Source: an uncultured Methanosarcinales archaeon | GTDB lineage: Archaea > Halobacteriota > Methanosarcinia > Methanotrichales > Methanotrichaceae | Assembly (NCBI GenBank): GCA_963843555.1 | Contig: CAWJKV010000007.1 | Location: 1-64,000, forward strand | Direction of reading: 5' to 3' | DNA length: 64,000 bases | In this document: positions 62,810 to 64,000 of the stretch, in pieces | How the letters are laid out: each line of letters opens with the position of its first letter | Position numbering within the stretch: the stretch's first letter is position 1 | Program-made: the position numbers and the translations under genes | The notes under the pieces: model-generated | Databases searched by the model: none | What the model was told of the DNA's origin: nothing | The model's input: the letters and a program-made list of their open reading frames with translations, nothing else

Positions 62810-64000
62810 CTACTTGTCTTTCTCTGTCGCTTTCTTTCTCTTTACTGTGAAAGGCAACAGACCGCCTGCCAGGAGAATATCTCTCTGGCGTTTGGAGAGG
62901 TTCACTAACAGGCTTATCTCTCTATTTCCGGCCAGCGCCCTGATGTTTTCTTCGCCTTTCTCCAGAGAGCTGCGGATGCCCGGTATGCGAACCTCTGTTT
63001 CTTCCGGCAGCAATTCCCAGTCAGTATCCTTGGCAAAGGTGAAGGGCACTATGCCGAAGTTAACCAGATTGGCGGCATGTATCCTCTCTATGGATTTGGC
63101 GAATACGCCTTTCACTCCCAGGTACATGGGACACATCGCCGCATGCTCCCTGGATGAGCCCTGGCCGTAGCTAAGACCTGCAACGATCAGGTTATGGGTG
63201 CCCTGATCTCTAAAGGAGGATGCCCGGCGGCAGAATTCCTTATCCAGAGGCTCAAAAACGAATTCTGCATATTTGGGAACGTTGGACCTGTATTTGAGAC
63301 GAGATCCGGCAGGCATGATGTGGTCTGTGGTCACCAGATCACCGACTCTTATGGCGACAATTCCCTTGATCTCCTCTGGCAGTGGGCCGTTGACTGGAGG
63401 CTCTCCGATGTTGGGGCCTCGGCAGATCTTTATTTTGGCTCTTTCTGCCGCAGGAAGCGGTGGAATGATCATGCGGTCATCGATCTCAAAATGTTCCGGC
63501 ATCTCTATCACTGGAAAATCCATTCCCAGGTCTCTTGGGTCGATCAGCTTCCCGCTGAGGGCAGCTGCGGCGGCGACGACAGGGCTGGTCAGGTAGATGT
63601 TGGCGCTGGGAGTGCCGGATCGACCCTGAAAGTTGCGGTTGCTGGTGCGAACTGAGACCGAGTCCGTGCAGGGCGACATGCTGTTGCCGATACAAAAACC
63701 GCAGGATGACTCCAGTATCCTGGCTCCAAATGTTATGAGATCGCTCAGAGCGCCGTTCCTGGCAATGGCGCTCAACACCTGCCGTGAGCCGGGCGCGATT
63801 CCCAGAGATACTCCCGGAGGAAGAGTCTTGCCTCTCACCATTCTCGCCACTGTCATGAGATCCACATAAGAGGAGTTAGTGCAGGAGCCTATCATAACCT
63901 GATCCACGGGCAGATTGAGATCTCTGATCCTGGCGATGTTTCCCGGGCTGTGAGGGGTGGCTGCGAGAGGCTCGACTCCATCTAGGTCGATATCAATGGT
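62810..64000 (-). CDS. aconitate hydratase (5' part outside the window)
   Basis: IGSCTNSS, CGFCIG, NRNFQGR, TTDHI, YGQGSSREHAA, ERIH..NL. Confidence 0.93.
   Translation of the reverse strand, partial: TIDIDLDGVEPLAATPHSPGNIARIRDLNLPVDQVMIGSCTNSSYVDLMTVARMVRGKTLPPGVSLGIAPGSRQVLSAIARNGALSDLITFGARILESSCGFCIGNSMSPCTDSVSVRTSNRNFQGRSGTPSANIYLTSPVVAAAAALSGKLIDPRDLGMDFPVIEMPEHFEIDDRMIIPPLPAAERAKIKICRGPNIGEPPVNGPLPEEIKGIVAIRVGDLVTTDHIMPAGSRLKYRSNVPKYAEFVFEPLDKEFCRRASSFRDQGTHNLIVAGLSYGQGSSREHAAMCPMYLGVKGVFAKSIERIHAANLVNFGIVPFTFAKDTDWELLPEETEVRIPGIRSSLEKGEENIRALAGNREISLLVNLSKRQRDILLAGGLLPFTVKRKKATEKDK

Overview
A 64-kb chromosomal segment from a methanogenic archaeon. Gene content and style point to a Methanothrix/Methanosaeta-like member of the Methanosarcinales lineage (inference, no search run). 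Left to right it holds: an AT-rich PD-(D/E)XK nuclease gene; a HAD hydrolase; a broken fdhAB pair; pyrF; a NuoE/NuoF/NuoG-FrhB three-gene oxidoreductase operon bracketed by two paralogous small Cys/His proteins (one absent from the ORF track); a hybrid sensor kinase; a hicBA toxin-antitoxin pair; the archaeal rpl15e-RNase P-proteasome-exosome superoperon ending in tRNA-Arg(TCT); a divergent deoxyhypusine synthase-like/speA pair; thiM/thiE; hpt; and a long accessory stretch of secreted, repeat and hydrolase genes, including a repeat-fused M23 peptidase, a rubredoxin-flanked DJ-1 protein, a KAS III-like gene and Tyr-rich repeat proteins. It ends with NEMF/Rqc2, arcS/tgtA and a partial aconitase. 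Many genes are split by single-base frameshifts, at least partly consistent with uncorrected long-read errors. No CRISPR array, rRNA or intact transposase was seen. The best candidate for an undescribed system is the F420/NAD(P)H/ferredoxin HydBC-like complex with its duplicated promoter-plus-microprotein cassette.
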